NCBI GenBank assembly: GCA_963828165.1
Contig: CAWHDR010000001.1
Location: 1,952,001-2,016,000, forward strand
Source of the DNA: an uncultured Chloroflexia bacterium
GTDB taxonomy: Bacteria > Chloroflexota > Limnocylindria > Limnocylindrales > CSP1-4
Direction of reading: 5' to 3'
Length of the DNA stretch: 64,000 nt
The translations under genes and the position numbers were made by a program. This document shows positions 29,047 to 38,491 of this stretch, piece by piece (positions within the stretch are counted from its first letter, which is position 1; each line of letters opens with the position of its first letter). A model generated the notes under the pieces. The model saw only the letters and a program-made list of their open reading frames with translations, searched no databases and was not told where the DNA came from.

Positions 29047-30066
29047 CTAGCCCGTCGTCATCGATCGCTGGGCGGCTTCGAGGGTCCGAACCACCCGAAG
29101 CCCCGCGCGCCCATCCGATCGTGGTGTTTCCCCGGTCCTGATGCAGTCTACGAAATGCTGGCACTCGATCTTGAGCGGCTCGATGAAGTCGAGCTTTGGG
29201 ATGAGCACGTCCCCCGCCCGCAGCAGGAGCTGGAACTCGCCGAACGTGCGGTAGCTGCCGAGCGACGCCTCGGACTTGTCGACCAGGAGCTTGGTGACGC
29301 CGCGGTCGTAGACCGTGATCTTGGCGTCTGCGCTGACGTCGTCGTAGACGACCATCTTCTCGCTCCCGACGACCGTCATCCGGCGGACCTTGAGCGGGTC
29401 GAGCCAGCTGATGTGGACGTTCGCCCCCACCCCGCCCGGGAACCCCATCGTCATGAAGACGACGTCCTCGATCCCGGGCTGGACATACGAGAAGCCGCGC
29501 GCCGTGACCTCTGTCGGCTCCGCATCCAGCCAGTCGCACAGGATGGAGACGTCATGTGGCGCGAAGTTCCACAGGGCATTGACGTCGTGGCGGACCTGGC
29601 CGAGGTTCAGACGCTGGGAGTAGATGTAGTAGACCTCCCCCAGCTCGCCACTGTCGATGAGCTCCTTGACCCGGCGGACGGCGGGGTTGTAGACGAAGAC
29701 GTGGCCCACCATCAGCCGGAGGTCGCGCTCGTCGGCCAGGGCGATGAGGGCCTCGCAATCGGCACTCGTCGTGGCGAGCGGCTTCTCGACGAGGACGTGC
29801 TTCCCGGCCTCGAGCGCGGCCTTGGCCAGCGGGAAGTGCGTATCGACCGGGGTGGCGATCACGACCCCGTCGATCGTGTCGTCGGCGAGCACGTCGGCGA
29901 AGTCCGTCACCAGGCGGGGACCCGGCAGCTGGCGGGCCATCCGCTCCAGGCGGCCCCGGTCGGCGTCGCACAGCATCGCGAGCTCGCCGCCGTCCACGAG
30001 CGCCAGGTTTCGAGCGAGATTTGGCCCCCAGTAGCCCAGGCCGACCTGGGCGAGGCGGACGGTCAT
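29047..30066 (-). CDS. Gfo/Idh/MocA-family oxidoreductase (WbpB/WlbA-like)
   Basis: GLGYWG, IATP..TH, GKHVLVEKP and APHD motifs. Confidence 0.88.
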   Translation of the reverse strand: MTVRLAQVGLGYWGPNLARNLALVDGGELAMLCDADRGRLERMARQLPGPRLVTDFADVLADDTIDGVVIATPVDTHFPLAKAALEAGKHVLVEKPLATTSADCEALIALADERDLRLMVGHVFVYNPAVRRVKELIDSGELGEVYYIYSQRLNLGQVRHDVNALWNFAPHDVSILCDWLDAEPTEVTARGFSYVQPGIEDVVFMTMGFPGGVGANVHISWLDPLKVRRMTVVGSEKMVVYDDVSADAKITVYDRGVTKLLVDKSEASLGSYRTFGEFQLLLRAGDVLIPKLDFIEPLKIECQHFVDCIRTGETPRSDGRAGLRVVRTLEAAQRSMTTG

Positions 30067-31163
30067 GCCGGGAACGCCCGGACCGCGTCCGCGACGTACC
30101 GCAGCGCGTCATCGGGCAGCTCCGGGTAGATGGGCAGCGACAGCACCTCGGCCGCGGCTCGCTCGGTGTGCGGCAGCGAGACGTCGCCGTAGCCGAGCGC
30201 AACGTACGCCGGCTGGCGGTGCAGCGGGATGGGGTAATGGATGCCGGCCATCACCTCGGCGGCCCTCAGATGCTCCAGGAGAGCATCGCGACGCTCGGAG
30301 CGCACGACGTAGAGGTGGTAGACGTGCCGGACACCGTCGCGCACCGTGGGGATGGCGACGTTCGCGCCGGACAGGAGCTCGTCGTAGCGGTCGGCGTGAC
30401 GGCGCCGGGCCTCGGTCCACGCCTCGAGGTGCGGCAGCTTCGCGCCGAGGATCGCGGCCTGCAGCGCATCGATCCGCTCGGCGTACCCGACCTCGACGTG
30501 CTCGTACTTCGTCGTCCGGCCGTGATCGCGCATGCGGCGGATGCGATCGAGCACGGCGGGGTCGTTGCCGGTGACCGCGCCGGCGTCGCCGTACGCGCCG
30601 AGGTTCTTGCCCGGGTAGAAGCTGAAGCAGGCGAGGTGGCCGATGCTGCCGCAGCGCCGACCGCCGACCTCCGCCCCGTGCGCCTGAGCGGCGTCCTCGA
30701 TGACCCACAGGCCCCGCCGCACCGCGATCTCCATGAGGGCATCGAGATCGGCGGGCTGACCGTAGAGATGCACGGGCATGATGGCGCGCGTCCGGTCGGT
30801 GATGAGGTCCTCGACGTGGGACGGGTCGACGTTGTACGTCATGGGGTCGATGTCGGCGAAGACCGGTCGTGCCCCGACATTCGTGATGGCCTCGGCCGTC
30901 GCGATGAACGTGTGGGCCGTCGTGATCACCTCGTCGCCCGGACCGATGTCCAGCGCCCGCAGGGAGAGCTCGAGCGCGGCCGTGCCGGAGCTCACCCCGA
31001 CCGCCCCGGCGGCCCCGACGTGCTGGGCCCAGGCCGCCTCGAACGCGCGCACCTCGTCGCCGAGGATGAAGCTGGTGTTGTCGAGGATGCGCTGGATCGC
31101 GCCATCGATCTCGCCCCGGATGGACTGGTACTGAGCGGCGAGGTCAACGAGCTCGACCCGCAT
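30063..31163 (-). CDS. DegT/DnrJ/EryC1/StrS aminotransferase (WbpE/WlbC-like)
   Basis: SSGTAAL, PVHLYGQ, IEDAAQAHGA and SFYPGKNLGAYGDAG motifs. Confidence 0.93.
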   Translation of the reverse strand: MRVELVDLAAQYQSIRGEIDGAIQRILDNTSFILGDEVRAFEAAWAQHVGAAGAVGVSSGTAALELSLRALDIGPGDEVITTAHTFIATAEAITNVGARPVFADIDPMTYNVDPSHVEDLITDRTRAIMPVHLYGQPADLDALMEIAVRRGLWVIEDAAQAHGAEVGGRRCGSIGHLACFSFYPGKNLGAYGDAGAVTGNDPAVLDRIRRMRDHGRTTKYEHVEVGYAERIDALQAAILGAKLPHLEAWTEARRRHADRYDELLSGANVAIPTVRDGVRHVYHLYVVRSERRDALLEHLRAAEVMAGIHYPIPLHRQPAYVALGYGDVSLPHTERAAAEVLSLPIYPELPDDALRYVADAVRAFPA

Positions 31164-31186
31164 GCGTCTCCTTTCGTGGGCCGGCG

Positions 31187-31810
31187 TCAGCCCGCCCGAT
31201 ACTCCTCGATGTCGGTGACCTGGCGGACGATGCGGGCCGGGTTCCCGACCACGACCGCCCCGTCCGGGACGTCGTGGACGACCACGCTGCCGGCGCCCAC
31301 CAGGGCGTCCCGGCCGATGATCACACCCGGCAGCAGCGTCGCGTTGGCGCCGATCTTGGCGCCACGCCGCACGACCGGGCCGCGCAGGCTGGCCTTGGCA
31401 TCCCGGCCAAGCGGGTAGCGCGCATTCGTGAACGTGACGGACGGCCCGATCCAGGCGCCTTCCTCGATCACCGAGTACTCGGGGATGAAGGCGTTGGAGT
31501 GGACGCGCACCCGGTCCCCGATCTCGACGTGGTGCTCCACGATCGAATGGGTGCCGATGCTGACGTCGTCCCCGATCGTATTGGACTCGCGGATCATCGC
31601 GCCGTGTCCGGTCTGGAACCGGTCGCCGATGTTACTCGCGGGATACACGACCGTGTGGGAGCGGATGCGGGCCCCTCCTCCGATACGGAGCGGCGGCGCG
31701 TCGTCAGCAGCCGTACCCGAGCCGAGGACCACATAATCCTCGATGACCGAGTCGTCGCCAAGCTCGACGCGCGGATCCACGATCGCCGTCCGAGCGATGA
31801 TGATCGACAT
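31187..31810 (-). CDS. hexapeptide-repeat acyltransferase (WbpD/WlbB-like)
   Basis: Left-handed beta-helix repeats; IGPSVTFTN, IGANATLLPG and VVGNPAR motifs. Confidence 0.88.
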   Translation of the reverse strand: MSIIIARTAIVDPRVELGDDSVIEDYVVLGSGTAADDAPPLRIGGGARIRSHTVVYPASNIGDRFQTGHGAMIRESNTIGDDVSIGTHSIVEHHVEIGDRVRVHSNAFIPEYSVIEEGAWIGPSVTFTNARYPLGRDAKASLRGPVVRRGAKIGANATLLPGVIIGRDALVGAGSVVVHDVPDGAVVVGNPARIVRQVTDIEEYRAG

Positions 31811-31851
31811 GTCCCGCGCAGTCTAGCGTCGGGCGCCCGGTCGGCGCTCTG

Positions 31852-33132
31852 CTACACCCGTGGCTGACGCGCGGATCCCACGACGACCAGGCGATACAGG
31901 ACGACCAGGTACACGCCGTAGGCCAGGGCCTGGAGCCAGGCCAGCAGGCGGATCGTCTCGAAGGCGTCCAGGCCAGCGGCGCTCCCGCCAAGGATGCTGC
32001 CCGCCACCGCGCCCAAGCTCAAGACGTCGTAGATGAGCTTCTGTCCCTGGGCCTGGTACACGAGGGCGACCCGGCTGAGCGGACTCACGATCATCGCCGC
32101 CACGAGCCACGGGGCCATCAGCGCGGCCACCGTTCCCGCGTCGCGCCATGGCTCCCCGAAGACGAAGGCGAAGAGGTCCGGGCCGACCAGTGCCAGGACG
32201 AGCGCCCCCGGCACGCCGATCGCCGCCAGCGCGACCGCGATCCGTCGAAAGAGCGGCAGGGCGGCCGAGGGATCGGAGCGGGCCTGTTCGGACATCCGGC
32301 CGAGCATCGCGTCGCCGACGCTCGTCCCGATGACACTGAGCGGGAGCCCGAGCACACGTTGCACGAGCGCGAACTGACCCGCGATCGGCAGGCCGTACAC
32401 GCCCGCCAGGAGCGGGACCGGGAGGGCGGCAGCCGCGGCGTTCAGCAACGATGACGGCGCCCCGAAGACCGGGAACCGCCAGAACTCCCGGGCCACCCTC
32501 CGTGTCACGACCGTCGCCCCCGCGCCCGCGACCGCGAGCGTCCCCCAGGCACTGCGGATGACGCTGCCCAGGCCCAGCACACGGCCGAGCACGTCCGAGA
32601 GCAGCAAGCCGGCGATGCCGGCACCGAGCAGCCCGAAGACCACCTGGCTGACGGCCCGCGCGATGCTCTGCACGATGGCGACCTGCGAGACGGCGCGGTA
32701 GTCCCCGTGGCGGATGAGCCAGTAGCGCAGGACCCCCACCACGCCGTATCCCGCCAGGCCGATCGCGGCGAGCGGCACGGCCACCATCGGCAGCGTCCCG
32801 TACCCACCGACCCCGAGGACGATCAGCGCGGCGAGGATCCCGGCGGCCACGAGCGAGGTGATGGGCACCAGCGCCAGGGCGAGCGCCGCGAGCCGGGCCG
32901 CCACTGCCTCGGATGTCGGCAGGACGATCGCCTGCTCGTAGCGCAACGAGAGGGCGATGATCGCGACCTGGACGAAGGCCAGGAACAGCCCGAGCTGGCC
33001 GACCTGGGTCGGGTCGTAGAGCCGGGTCAGGAACGGGGCGACGAGCGTGTTGATGAGCTGTGCGCCGGCCGCGCCGCCGGCCAGGACGAGGACGCTCCGA
33101 GCGAACCCGGGCCCGCGTAGCCTTGCTACCAT
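31852..33132 (-). CDS. Wzx-type oligosaccharide flippase
   Basis: AQLI...PFLTRLYDP...SLRYEQAI and FGEPWRDAG motifs; about 12 TMs. Confidence 0.85.
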   Translation of the reverse strand: MVARLRGPGFARSVLVLAGGAAGAQLINTLVAPFLTRLYDPTQVGQLGLFLAFVQVAIIALSLRYEQAIVLPTSEAVAARLAALALALVPITSLVAAGILAALIVLGVGGYGTLPMVAVPLAAIGLAGYGVVGVLRYWLIRHGDYRAVSQVAIVQSIARAVSQVVFGLLGAGIAGLLLSDVLGRVLGLGSVIRSAWGTLAVAGAGATVVTRRVAREFWRFPVFGAPSSLLNAAAAALPVPLLAGVYGLPIAGQFALVQRVLGLPLSVIGTSVGDAMLGRMSEQARSDPSAALPLFRRIAVALAAIGVPGALVLALVGPDLFAFVFGEPWRDAGTVAALMAPWLVAAMIVSPLSRVALVYQAQGQKLIYDVLSLGAVAGSILGGSAAGLDAFETIRLLAWLQALAYGVYLVVLYRLVVVGSARQPRV

Positions 33133-33141
33133 CCGGCGCGG

Positions 33142-34386
33142 ATGCATCTCGTCATCGTCAATCAGTATGGTCTGCCGGCCGGAGCGTCGGGCATCACGCG
33201 GCACGGGGACCTGGGGGCGGAGCTCGTCCGTCGCGGGCACGATGTCACGGTCATCGCGGCGCGGTTCAACTACCTCACGCGGTCCTCCGCATCGGCGGGA
33301 GCCCCGCCGGTCGAATCCCATTCAGGGGTACGTTTTCGGTGGCTGGATACCGGGTCGTACCGCACCAACGACCGCCAGCGGCTGCGATCGATGCTGTCCT
33401 TCACCCTCCGCTCCATCTGGTCGGGTCTGCGGCTTCATCCGCGCCCCGACGTGATCATGGCGTCCTCACCGCACCTGCTCGTGGGCATCAGTGGCATCGT
33501 CCTCGCCCGCCGATACCGGGTTCCACTGGTCTTCGAGATCCGCGACCTGTGGCCATCGGCCCTGGTCGACCTGGGAGCGATGCGGCGTGGCGGGCTCGCC
33601 CACCGCGGCCTGGAGCTGCTCGAGCGCCTGTGCTATCGCCTGGCCGACCGCATCGTGATCGTTCCTCCGCACGCCGATCGGCGGGTCCGCGAGATGGGTA
33701 CCGATCCGAGGCGCTGCGTCCACGTCCCCAATGCCTCAGAGCTCGATGTCTCGGTCAGCGCGCCCGTCCCCGACACGCTCGAGGCGGTCTTCGCCGCCTG
33801 TGGCTCGCGCGAGATCCTGATGTACGCCGGGGCGCAAGGGGTCTCGAACGGCCTCGAGGTCGTCCTCGACGCGCTGGATCACCTGCGCTCGACCGATCTC
33901 GTCACGTACGAACGCCTCGCGGTCGTCCTCATCGGCGACGGTGGCCGGCATGACGAGCTGGTACGTATGGCGACCGAACGCGGCCACCCCCACCTGTACT
34001 TCCACCCACCGATCGAGAAGGCCGCCGTGCCTGCCGCGCTGGCTCGGGCAACCCTCCTGTTGGTGGCGTTCGCCGACGCCGACGTCTATCGCTACGGGCT
34101 GAGCCCGAACAAGCTCTTCGATTACCTCGCGGCCGGACGCCCGGTCCTGCTCGCCTCGCGGCTCGACGACTCTCCGGTCAGCGAGGCGGACGCGGGCCGC
34201 CGCTACGAGCCGGGGTCCGGGCGATCCCTCGCCGAGGGCGTGGCTGCGCTCCTCGCGTTGCCGCCCGACGAGCGGGTGCTGATGGGCCGTCGCGGCCAGG
34301 AGCTCGTCCGGCGCCGGTACACCATCGCCGTGACCGGCGCCCAGCTCGAGTCCGCGCTTCTCGAGCTCGTCGGTCCGGGCGGATGA
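33142..34386 (+). CDS. GT4 glycosyltransferase (WbuB-like)
   Basis: NQY, ASSPHL, FEIRDLWP and SPNKLFDYLAAG motifs. Confidence 0.9.
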   Translation: MHLVIVNQYGLPAGASGITRHGDLGAELVRRGHDVTVIAARFNYLTRSSASAGAPPVESHSGVRFRWLDTGSYRTNDRQRLRSMLSFTLRSIWSGLRLHPRPDVIMASSPHLLVGISGIVLARRYRVPLVFEIRDLWPSALVDLGAMRRGGLAHRGLELLERLCYRLADRIVIVPPHADRRVREMGTDPRRCVHVPNASELDVSVSAPVPDTLEAVFAACGSREILMYAGAQGVSNGLEVVLDALDHLRSTDLVTYERLAVVLIGDGGRHDELVRMATERGHPHLYFHPPIEKAAVPAALARATLLLVAFADADVYRYGLSPNKLFDYLAAGRPVLLASRLDDSPVSEADAGRRYEPGSGRSLAEGVAALLALPPDERVLMGRRGQELVRRRYTIAVTGAQLESALLELVGPGG

Positions 34387-35321
34387 CCGGTCGCGTGGTC
34401 GTCTTCGGCGGCGGCGGGTTCATCGGATCGGGCCTGGTCGCCGGCCTCGGGCGCGACGTCACGGCGCCCGCGCGGTCGGAGGTCGATCTGATCGACGGCG
34501 ACCGGCTGCGTGCGTACCTCCGCCCGGGCGACCTCATCGTCAACGCGTCCGGGTATGCCATGGCCACCGATCGCTCCGCGGGCGGGCTTGCGCGCTTCCG
34601 CCGGGACAACGTGGAGGCGGTCCGAGCGCTCGCGACGGCGGCCTCGGCGGTCGGCGCGGCACGGCTGCTCCACCTGAGCAGCGTCGCGGCGATGGGTCAC
34701 CGAGAGGGCGAGGACCTGCGGGAGGACGATTTGGCGCCGCCGCGAACGCCCTACGGCCAGAGCAAGCGCGACGCCGAGGAGGTGGTCGTCGAGGCGGCGG
34801 AGGACGTGCCGGTCACGATCCTGCGGCCCACGTCGGTCTTCGGGGAAGGGCGCGGCCTGGCAGCCGTCCTGTGCCGGATCGCCGGTCTGCCCATCGTGCC
34901 GCTTCCGGCCGGGGGGACCGCCCTGATCCCGTTCAGCTACGTCGGCAACCTCGTCGCGGCCGTCGGCCTGGCGCTGGATCGGCCGGAGACGGCCGGACGG
35001 ACCTTCATCGTCGGCGACGATCGCTCGTACCGGCTGCGCGAGGTCCTGGCCACGCTGGCCGGGGCCCTCGGACGTGACCGACCGATGATGCTCCGGGTGC
35101 CCAAGCTCGCGGTCCGGGGTATGGGCGCCGCGGAGACCGCCGTGAGCCGGGCCGTGGGCCGGACGCCGCTGCTCGATCCGGTGCGCATCGAGACATTGAC
35201 GAGCTCCGTCTCGTACTCGACCCAGGCGTTTCGGGAGGCGACCGGGTTCGTCCCGCCCTTCACCATCGACGCGGCCATGGTCCGTATCGCGGCGTGGCAT
35301 CGCGGGGAGCGGCCGCGGTGA
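34383..35321 (+). CDS. NAD-dependent epimerase/dehydratase (extended SDR)
   Basis: GGGGFIG, LSS, YGQSK and LRPTSVFG motifs. Confidence 0.88.
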   Translation: MTGRVVVFGGGGFIGSGLVAGLGRDVTAPARSEVDLIDGDRLRAYLRPGDLIVNASGYAMATDRSAGGLARFRRDNVEAVRALATAASAVGAARLLHLSSVAAMGHREGEDLREDDLAPPRTPYGQSKRDAEEVVVEAAEDVPVTILRPTSVFGEGRGLAAVLCRIAGLPIVPLPAGGTALIPFSYVGNLVAAVGLALDRPETAGRTFIVGDDRSYRLREVLATLAGALGRDRPMMLRVPKLAVRGMGAAETAVSRAVGRTPLLDPVRIETLTSSVSYSTQAFREATGFVPPFTIDAAMVRIAAWHRGERPR

Positions 35322-36340
35322 CGGACCAGCTGCTGATCGCGCTCCTGGTCGCTGGGCTCGCGGCCACGATCGTGACCCGCGTGGTCGAAGGACTCGCGCG
35401 GGGGCGGAGCCTGCTCGACATCCCCAACGACCGGAGCTCCCACGACGCCCCGACCCCTCGGATCGGCGGGCTGGGCATCGTGGTGGGCACCGTCGTCGGC
35501 TGGTTGTTCGCGGCAGGCTGGACGGACGGGCAGGCCACGATCATCGTGCTCGCGGCGCTCGGCCTGGGCGCGGTCGGTCTGCTCGACGACGTCCACCACA
35601 CCAGTGTCCTCGGCAAGTACCTCGCGCAGCTGGCGGCCGCCGCGGTCGTCGCGGGCGTGCTGCAGCCGACGCTCACCATCGGGATCGGCGACAGCACCTG
35701 GTCGCTCGGTGGGATCCCCGCCTTCGTCATCACGACGATCGGCCTGACGGCGCTGGTGAATGCGGTCAACTTCATGGACGGCATCGATGGGCTCATCGGC
35801 AGCGTCGCGCTCGTCGCCGCGATCGTGGCGTTCGGACTGGTGATGCCCGCCGCGTGGCCGATCCTCGTGCCATTCGCGGCGGCCTGCGCCGGGTTCCTGG
35901 TGTGGAACCACGCCCCCGCATCCATCTTCATGGGCGACGGCGGAAGCCAGTTCGTCGGCCTGATCCTCGGCGCGGCGCTGCTGCGGCAGGAACGTGGAGC
36001 GGTCGATGTCGTCCCGGTGCTGCTGCTCGTAAGCCCGCTGCTGTTCGACACCGGCTTCACGCTCATCCGCCGGGCGCGAGCCGGCCGCGACCTGTTCGCG
36101 GGCCATCGCGAGCACCTCTATCAGCGAGTGGTGGTCGCGGGCCGCTCTCATCGCGAGGTCGCCGCGGGGTACGCGGCCGCCACGGCGGTCACCGGGGTGC
36201 TCGCGCTCTCATGGCCGGCGGCGCCGGCCGTTGTCCGGATCGCGATGCTCGCTGGGGTCGTGCTGGCCGCCGCCGCGTACGCTGTCTGGGTGACCCGGAC
36301 GGAGGCGCGGATCGCCTCGTCGGAGGCGCGCTCCGCCTAG
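35318..36340 (+). CDS. MraY/WecA-family polyprenyl-phosphate HexNAc-1-P transferase (WbpL-like)
   Basis: DIPNDRSSH..PTPRIGG, GLLDD, NFMDGIDG, FMGDGGS and HREHLYQ motifs. Confidence 0.92.
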   Translation: MTDQLLIALLVAGLAATIVTRVVEGLARGRSLLDIPNDRSSHDAPTPRIGGLGIVVGTVVGWLFAAGWTDGQATIIVLAALGLGAVGLLDDVHHTSVLGKYLAQLAAAAVVAGVLQPTLTIGIGDSTWSLGGIPAFVITTIGLTALVNAVNFMDGIDGLIGSVALVAAIVAFGLVMPAAWPILVPFAAACAGFLVWNHAPASIFMGDGGSQFVGLILGAALLRQERGAVDVVPVLLLVSPLLFDTGFTLIRRARAGRDLFAGHREHLYQRVVVAGRSHREVAAGYAAATAVTGVLALSWPAAPAVVRIAMLAGVVLAAAAYAVWVTRTEARIASSEARSA

Positions 36341-38307
36341 TCGGGGGCGCGTCCCGGCCCGACGGCCACGACCTCGTCGGGTACCCGGATCGTGGCCAGA
36401 TCCGACATGCCGGTGAGGGACGCACTCCGCAGCAAGAGCTCGCGGACGGCCTCGTCGTTGTGCTCCCGCGCCGCGGCGGCGAGCTCGTCGACGAACGCCT
36501 CGATCTGGTTCTCGATCGACGCCGACGCGGGTCGGGCCGCGCGCATGATGCCCGGGTGCCGGGTGCGTTCCGCGACCTCGTCGTCGTAGAACAGCTTCTC
36601 GTGGAGACGCTCCCCGGGTCGCAGCCCGGTGACGGTGAACTGCACCGAGTCGGGATCGACGCCATTGAGCCGGACGAGGTCTCGAGCCAGGTCCATGATC
36701 CGCATCGGCTCACCCATGTCGAGCACGTACACGTCGCCGGCGAGCGGGTCCGTCCCGGCCTCAAGGATGAGGCTGACCGCTTCCGCGATCGTCATGAAGT
36801 AGCGCGTCGCGTCGGGTTGCGTGATCGTCAGCGGCAGGCCATCGTCGAGCTGGCGCTGCAGGAGCGGCACGACGCTGCCGCTCGAGCCCAGGACGTTCCC
36901 GAACCGGACCGCAGCGTATGGGTGGCCCGTGCGGTGGCCGGCTGCGACCGTCAGCTGTTCGGCGAGACGCTTCGTGGCGCCCATGACGCTCACGGGCTCG
37001 ACCGCCTTGTCCGTCGAGATGAGGATGAAGCGCGCGATGTTGAGGTGCTCGCACGCGCGCAGGACGTTGCGTGTCCCGATGACGTTGGTCAGCACGCCCT
37101 CCGCCGGATAGAACTCGACGTACGGGACGTGCTTCAGCGCGGCGGCGTGGAAGACGACATCGGGCCGCGCCCCGCGGAGGACGGCGTTCAGGGCGGCGGG
37201 CGAGCGGACGTCGGCGAGCGCCGCGACGACATGGGCGCCGTCCGCCTCGCGGCGAAGGGTCGCGATGTCGCGCTCGACGTTCCACAACGCCCATTCGTTC
37301 TGGTCCACGATCGTCAGGACGCGCGGGCCGAGCGACAGGATCTGGCGGACGAGCTCGCTGCCGATCGAGCCACCACCGCCGGTCACCACGACCGAGGCCC
37401 CGTTGATCGAGCTAGCCACCGCCTCGAAGTCGATCTCGACCGGCGCTCGACGCAGGAGGTCCTCGACGTTCACGGCGCGGATGCCGGACACCTGGTAGTG
37501 GCCGGTCACCATGTCCCGCAACGGTGGGACGATCTTGACGCTCATCCCCAGCGCCTGGGCGGCCTCGAAAGCGCGACGAACCGGTCCCGATTCGCCGGAT
37601 GGGATCGCGACGAGCAGCTGGGCGGCGCCCGTCCGTTCGACCGCGTGGGGAAGCTCCTCGAGCCCGCCATACACGCGATGGCCCAGCAGGCGTGAACCGT
37701 GCTTCTGCTTGTCGTCGTCGACGAACCCGACGATCCGCATCCCGCGCAAGCCGCCCGCGGTGGCCATGCGCGCGATGATCGCGCCGGCGTTGCCGGCCCC
37801 GTAGACCAGCGTCGGCGTCGAGCCTCCGGACGACACGACTCCGTTGCGGCGCTCGAGTGATGTCCGCACGAGGATCCGCGCACCCGCCGTGAGGGCGAGG
37901 AACACGAGGGGTTCCAGCAGGAAGAACGACCGCGGGAACGGGCTCGTGCCAGGCGCATCGAGCCGGTCGAGGACGAGGAACGCCACCACCACGATCGCGG
38001 TACCGACCATGACGGCCCTGACGAGATCGAGCAGGTCGCGGACCGATGCGTAGCGCCACTCGCGCCGATGGAGCCCGAAGGCGATGTGCACGAGTGGCCG
38101 GACCGCAAAGGGCAGCAATGCGGCCGGGAGGTAGGGCAGGACGGCGATCGCGAGGTCTGGTGTGTCGAAGCGGATGCAGAGCACGATGATGGCTGCGGCG
38201 AACGCGGCGACGATATCGAGCACGAACAGCAGCCAGCCCGTCCGGTGGAGACCCCGGCCCATCCCGAGCGCGGTCGAACCGTTCGATCCGCCCATCTGCG
38301 ACCCCAT
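36337..38307 (-). CDS. nucleoside-diphosphate sugar 4,6-dehydratase (CapD/WbpM/PglF family)
   Basis: N-terminal TMs; YGAG, TGGGGSIGSEL, HAAALKHVP, ISTDKAV and RFGNVLGSSGSV motifs; GGAGG RBS. Confidence 0.94.
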   Translation of the reverse strand: MGSQMGGSNGSTALGMGRGLHRTGWLLFVLDIVAAFAAAIIVLCIRFDTPDLAIAVLPYLPAALLPFAVRPLVHIAFGLHRREWRYASVRDLLDLVRAVMVGTAIVVVAFLVLDRLDAPGTSPFPRSFFLLEPLVFLALTAGARILVRTSLERRNGVVSSGGSTPTLVYGAGNAGAIIARMATAGGLRGMRIVGFVDDDKQKHGSRLLGHRVYGGLEELPHAVERTGAAQLLVAIPSGESGPVRRAFEAAQALGMSVKIVPPLRDMVTGHYQVSGIRAVNVEDLLRRAPVEIDFEAVASSINGASVVVTGGGGSIGSELVRQILSLGPRVLTIVDQNEWALWNVERDIATLRREADGAHVVAALADVRSPAALNAVLRGARPDVVFHAAALKHVPYVEFYPAEGVLTNVIGTRNVLRACEHLNIARFILISTDKAVEPVSVMGATKRLAEQLTVAAGHRTGHPYAAVRFGNVLGSSGSVVPLLQRQLDDGLPLTITQPDATRYFMTIAEAVSLILEAGTDPLAGDVYVLDMGEPMRIMDLARDLVRLNGVDPDSVQFTVTGLRPGERLHEKLFYDDEVAERTRHPGIMRAARPASASIENQIEAFVDELAAAAREHNDEAVRELLLRSASLTGMSDLATIRVPDEVVAVGPGRAPD

Positions 38308-38491
38308 CCAACCTCCCGCCTAGCGTGTTCGGACGTTCCCGGGGGGCATGGTACTTCGCCACCGTCCGAAACGATGAGATCGCCGGGAGCCTCGTCCGTG
38401 CTCCCAAGGCGCCGGTAGTACCTCCGTACTCCCACGCAAGTACCGATGGTCCGGCGGCATGAGGGGTCGCGGGTGGGACGATGCAGCGGCC

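Noticed and set aside
29000-29539. N-terminal 180 aa of the 1003-aa ORF (26528..29539)
   Set aside because: It overlaps the Gfo/Idh/MocA gene in another frame and is Arg/Gly-rich shadow translation.
38308-38491. c-di-GMP riboswitch near the cyclases
   Set aside because: No GEMM-type consensus recognised; an Rfam scan would be needed to exclude it fully.
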